Positions 50,041 to 55,318 of a DNA stretch of 55,318 bases are shown piece by piece. The DNA comes from Octopus bimaculoides (Eukaryota): NCBI RefSeq assembly GCF_001194135.2, contig NC_068983.1, positions 134,054,302 to 134,109,619 of the forward strand, in the 5' to 3' direction. The translations under genes were made by a program, and so were the position numbers. The stretch's first letter is position 1. Each line of letters begins with the position of its first letter. The notes under the pieces are model-generated. The model saw only the letters and a list, made by a program, of their open reading frames with translations. It was not told where the DNA came from and did not search any database.

Positions 50041-51585
50041 CATGAACTATGCTTAAACAGTCAGGTTTAATATAAAAATAGAATTTTGAAGGTAAGTTGT
50101 AGTCATGATGCCACAACCAAAATTCACTTGAAATATTAACACATTCGACACCGGTCTTTGGTCAAGCATAGGAGTGACTAGATCTAGGCGAATCTAGAGC
50201 TAAGCAACGATAATATGTTAAGGGTATCCTAGATGTCGGAATAAATACTAGCATCTTGTAAAATATTGCATTGTTTAGATACCCTTCGTATATAGGTCCA
50301 TCAGGTCAATACCAGAGTTTCGTTTAGCAACCGATTAGGTATCACGATTTCCAGTGGACACAAAGTGAAGATAATTGTGGGACTATGTTGCTTACGACGT
50401 TAACCGGTTTGCTTCAGAAAGCGGTATTTTTAACATGTCAGCGAGCAGATATGTGTGTGTTTGTGTATATATATATATATATNNNNNNNNNNNNNNNNNN
50501 NNNNNNNNNNNNNNNNNNNNNNNNNNNNNNNNNNNNNNNNNNNNNNNNNNNNNNNNNNNNNNNNNNNNNNNNNNNNNNNNNNNNNNNNNNNNNNNNNNNN
50601 NNNNNNNNNNNNNNNNNNNNNNNNNNNNNNNNNNNNNNNNNNNNNNNNNNNNNNNNNNNNNNNNNNNNNNNNNNNNNNNNNNNNNNNNNNNNNNNNNNNN
50701 NNNNNNNNNNNNNNNNNNNNNNNNNNNNNNNNNNNNNNNNNNNNNNNNNNNNNNNNNNNNNNNNNNNNNNNNNNNNNNNNNNNNNNNNNNNNNNNNNNNN
50801 NNNNNNATATCATTCCCGCTCTATTCGTAAATAATCTATTTTGTCTATCAAGTTATATATGAAGCTAACGCAAGTCTTTATTTACTTGAATACATAACAC
50901 TATTTCCACTAAAAAGCTGATTTACTTAAAAAAAAAAGTAAAAATGAACAAAACGGATTTTTTCGTTGCGAAGTCTTGCTATATCATTTCCTCGTTAAGT
51001 ACCCATTTAAGATTTCCTCATTATCTCTAACTCTAAAATCATATGAATCTACGTAAAACCAGCAGTTTGTGGTGAAGACATTTTACTGTGATTTAGGCAG
51101 CGATCAAAGTAGTTTGGTTGCTAATCTACCCGCTCAATAGGTCGATGGTTTGCGTCCTATCATCGACGATGGCCAACATGAATAGAAATACATATTTTAC
51201 TCTCTAAAACCGAATCCAGTTGAAAGAAAATATGGTGGGAAGGTATCCGTCGCCACTGTAAACTGCAAGGGCACTATGCAATTGAAACGTGTTTTCATCA
51301 GCTTGAATACGGTAATCAAATCCCCCATTGAAAGCAGAAGAAACTAGAGAAGGCAAACGAAAATCAATTCAATGAATTTTTCACGGAAAATAAATATCCA
51401 GTTCTTCTTCAGGTAAATACGGATAATCACCTATTGTTAGATAAGTCAAGTGATTGGCTATATATATAAAACTTGGAGGAGGTAAATAAGTTTGATTTAG
51501 GAAAACGCATTTTCTAACGCGTATCTTGTTACAGACTTTGTGGTGACACCATGTATTAGAGTAATATGGAAATGTGGGTATGCTG

Positions 51586-51634
<49 letters not shown>

Positions 51635-52415
51635 GGTGGGTGTGTTTGTGTGTGTACATTCATTGAGCTATACTTGTATCCATGCATCGATGTGATTGAG
51701 GGCGTAAACTTACGTAAGTGATTCAAGAGCTGACAGTTTCATGCATTGTGCTCATCATGTAATAACTGCAATGCAAGACACCCGGCCCTTGAGTCTCTTA
51801 TGCAACTTAACAGCTCTATGTATGTATGTATGTGCCTATGCATGTATGACTGCATATATTCTTGTATGTGCACTCATGCATATCTCATGCACACATAGAG
51901 CTCTACACCATAGGAGAGAGAGATTTTCATGTGTGCACTGATGCTTACATATACGTTAGCTTTAATGCATGGACAGTTATGTGTGTGTGTGTGTGTGTGT
52001 GTGCGTGCGTGCGTGTTTGTGCGCATGTGTGCATCGTGCGTGCGTATGTACGTATGCATGCATGTGCATGTGTGTGCGTGTGTGTATAGATATCCATACA
52101 TACATACACACATACGCGCATACATACATACATACATAAATACATACATACATACATACGTACATACATACATACGTACATACGTACATGCATACAAACA
52201 TTTATTACAAGCTCTCGACTGTCAAAGGAAGCAATTTCCTCCATAAGCTTCCGTCTGCATCCACTTCCGATACGACGACATTTCTCAATAAGGCTGGGAT
52301 ACACCATAGTCACTCATGCTATCATCAGACGAGGGTCAGTTGGCTGTCTGCCGTTGGCATAGCACCAATGCATGCACACACTCACACACAAACATACACG
52401 CATATATATACATAC

Positions 52416-52468
<53 letters not shown>

Positions 52469-52831
52469 CACTCCGTTGGCATAGTAATGATAAATATAAA
52501 CAAAGCAAAAGCAGACAACAGAAAAAGAAACAAAATATACATACCTTTGCACGCAAAATATTGACAGTGAGGTGTTCACAAACTTAGCAAGTTGAGACTT
52601 GTTGCATTAGGTGTTAATTGGGTTGATCACAAGGCTTCTAATATCAGTCGGATGAGGGAGAAGTAAATGAAGATTGACAGCTAGAATGTGTTTGTACGCG
52701 TATTCATACACGTGCCTGTGTCCGTGTGTGTGCATGCACACATTTATACAAACACAGACACATAATGAAGGCTCGTATTTTGTTTAATCCAATTCTAAGT
52801 TGAAGCGAGCAGGCGGGCAATAGATAGATAG

Positions 52832-52834
<3 letters not shown>

Positions 52835-52903
<69 letters not shown>
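52835..52903. repeat. (GA)n array
   Basis: Directly visible. Confidence 0.95.
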
Positions 52904-52906
<3 letters not shown>

Positions 52907-53137
52907 TCATCAATAACAAAGTGCTGAGTATATGCTGAGTATATGCAACAAAAGCCAGCGTTATACTTCATCTACATTTTTAATTTTATTATGTTATATG
53001 TCATGTTTAGGTATTTATTTGCTGTTCCATACGTTGTAAGTAAATGGACCAACGTCTGTTTCACGGTGAGTATTCAGTTGATCCGTCCACTGAATTATCT
53101 GGTAACTGATTTGCCCTTTAATTATATTTATATATCC

Positions 53138-53292
53138 CGCCCGACAGGCTTCCACACAGTTTTCGGCTACCTGATTTCACTCACAGTGGTTGAGTCGACT
53201 ATGATATAAGACACTATCCAAGACACCACACATTGGAATCAAACCTGGGTTCTCGTAATTGCGAAGTGATCTTTTTAACTATTCTGCCATGT
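53138..53292 (-). mobile_element. Degenerate SINE family B, 5' part
   Basis: ccgacaggcttcc..cagtttt..gctacc..atttcactcaca...aagacactatccaagacaccacac..tggaatcaaacc resembles 12875-13000. Confidence 0.6.
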
Positions 53293-54370
53293 TGAGCTCA
53301 TGCTGCCTATGCTATAGTTTTATGTTTAATCAATTAGTCTTGCGATCAACACTGTTCATATTGTGTATAAAGTTGTTCTTAGAATAGCAACATTTCGAAC
53401 TCAGCAGTTCTGATATTACTTGCATATCTTGATAGATTTTCATAAACTCCCTTCACAGACCCAAATTTTGTTTATATAAATTATTGTTTGGATCCAAGCT
53501 TATGATCAAAGACACTCAAACCTGACCACTCCATCGTTATTTTAGTACCCCTAGCCTAAATTATTCAAAGCCCTTCTTCCTTTTTTCAACGATGGGTGGT
53601 GTATAATTTGATGGGAATTTGGTTGCTATCGTTAGCCTTCCTCGTTGGCCCACATTTATGTAAGTAAAGGTAGGGGGCAAGGCTATGACCTTTTTAAGTC
53701 TACCAGATTGGTGAGATTAATGCGGTTGATGATCAGCTTAAATATTTGCCGGTAAATATCTGCAGAAAAGTCAATCGGTGAGGGAATTCCTGAGAATTCT
53801 AATTCTGTAAAAGAAGGAAAAGGGGAAGTACATTAGACAGTTCAGTCCTATACGAGATGGTTATGGCGGGAAAGCCTTTGATCAACATACACGCTTGGTT
53901 TCCCGTAATTATTCTAACCACCATTAAATTGATATTGTCATTTAATTTCACTCTCTGGGTGACCGTGTCGCATATGTAATTGGTCACTGTATTCGATGTT
54001 CGTACAAATTGCGTAATGTCATTAAATTGTGAATGAATGCTGTATTTTATGTGTTTATTTATTTTGCATCACATTTAGTTAAGCATAGCGTTGTTGGTTA
54101 CTCAGTCCCAACAGACGAGTCATTTTTGACAAGAGTGAGAAGGGAATATCTGTAAATCGATTCAAGACAAATATCACAAAGACCATGCTTCGAAACGTAC
54201 CGGTTTTCAATTTTACCATAGATGTCTAGATCATTTACCGATATTTATTGGCAAATTTTATAGGCACATACATGCACATAAAAGTTTTACCTATCTATCT
54301 GTCTCTCTTCCTGCCTACCTGCCTGAATGCCTCTATGTATGTAGACAGAAAACTATATTCTGCTATAAAA

Positions 54371-54584
54371 GGGCGGCGAGCTGGCAGAATCGTTAGCACG
54401 CCGGGCGAAATGCTAGTGGTACTTCGACTGCTGTAACGTTCTGAGTTCGAATTCCGCAGAGGTCGACTTTGCTTTTCATTCTTTCGGGGTCGATAAAATT
54501 AGTACCAGTTACGCACTGGAGTCATGTAATCGACTTAATCTCTTTCCACAGATCTAGGCCTTGTGTTTCCAGTAGAAAGGATTA
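54371..54584 (+). mobile_element. tRNA-derived SINE family A
   Basis: Same head as the 41376 copy, B-box GTTCGAATTCC, and the same tail ggccttgtg...cagtagaaaggatta. Confidence 0.92.
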
Positions 54585-54839
54585 ATATTTAAATTGCACG
54601 GCACAAAACCACCTCTTAGAAACAGCATCCTTATGTGTGTGTGTGTGTGTGTGCACGCGCGTGTATGTTCGTATGTTATATGTGTATTAATGTTTGCTTT
54701 TATGTCAAGTTATAATAAAAACAATTTTACATAAAGCTGAAGGATTATTTTGATACTTTTGTAGAGTATAAATTTATTATTTCATTATACAAATAGTATT
54801 AACAGTCATTGTCTATACAATTATCGTTAAAGGACGATA

Positions 54840-54841
54840 TG

Positions 54842-54879
<38 letters not shown>

Positions 54880-54960
54880 TAGGTGTACATATACATGTAT
54901 GTATATATGTATATGTGCATGTATATATATGTATGTATATATGTGTGTGTGTGTGTGTGC

Positions 54961-55013
<53 letters not shown>

Positions 55014-55020
55014 TGTGTAC
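54840..55020. repeat. (GATA)n, (TA)n and (TG)n cluster
   Basis: Directly visible. Confidence 0.9.
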
Positions 55021-55044
55021 ATACATGATATACAAAACATCATT

Positions 55045-55140
55045 AACAAGGTATTGTGCAAATCAACACAAAGACACTTGCACAAGGTACCACAGGGTGG
55101 GCGCGAACACGGAACCATGTTGCTTCAAAGTGAATCTTTT
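55045..55140 (-). mobile_element. Degenerate SINE family B head fragment
   Basis: aagacacttgcacaaggtaccacag...gaac.cggaaccatgt matches the 12950-13000 pattern. Confidence 0.55.
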
Positions 55141-55274
55141 AGGGTATATTTATTATTTAAAGCCTTTTCTCTGCCGTGTGAATGGAAATCTGTTTGAAGA
55201 GGACATGTGCATTCATCTGTGTACGATCGATATGTATGCGTGGTGTGTGTCTATATATATATGCATGTATGAAT

Positions 55275-55318
<44 letters not shown>

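Noticed and set aside
54098-54125. CAGACGA-GTCA-TTTT-TGAC-AAGA hammerhead-like core
   Set aside because: Several invariant core positions are wrong and there is no convincing helix I or III.

Overview
Repeat-saturated, AT-rich eukaryotic DNA from a short-read draft assembly. There are 18 N-gaps totalling about 7.9 kb, most flanked by (TA)n. The tRNA-derived SINE families and the very high microsatellite load point to an octopus genome; this is inferred from recalled repeat families, not from a database search. I cannot support any intact host protein-coding gene, RNA gene or CRISPR array, and almost every ORF in the track is translated microsatellite or gap. What is supportable: (1) a complete but inactivated DD37D (maT-type) Tc1/mariner transposon with TIRs and a TA TSD; (2) fragments of a Penelope-like RT, three RLE-type (R4/Dong-like) LINEs and a Tx1/L1-like LINE; (3) about 25 copies of at least four tRNA-headed SINE families, two with clear TSDs; (4) several fold-back structures; (5) one redundant assembly segment. 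The most interesting pattern is that different retroelements sit inside different simple repeats: the Tx1-like element in (GATA)n, an RLE element in (TATG)n, and a 550-bp non-coding element twice in (AAT)n. This suggests partitioning of microsatellite targets. A degenerate minimal hammerhead-ribozyme-like motif inside a 111-bp inverted repeat and a roughly 490-bp fold-back element are also worth checking. Evidence for a new biological system is suggestive only.
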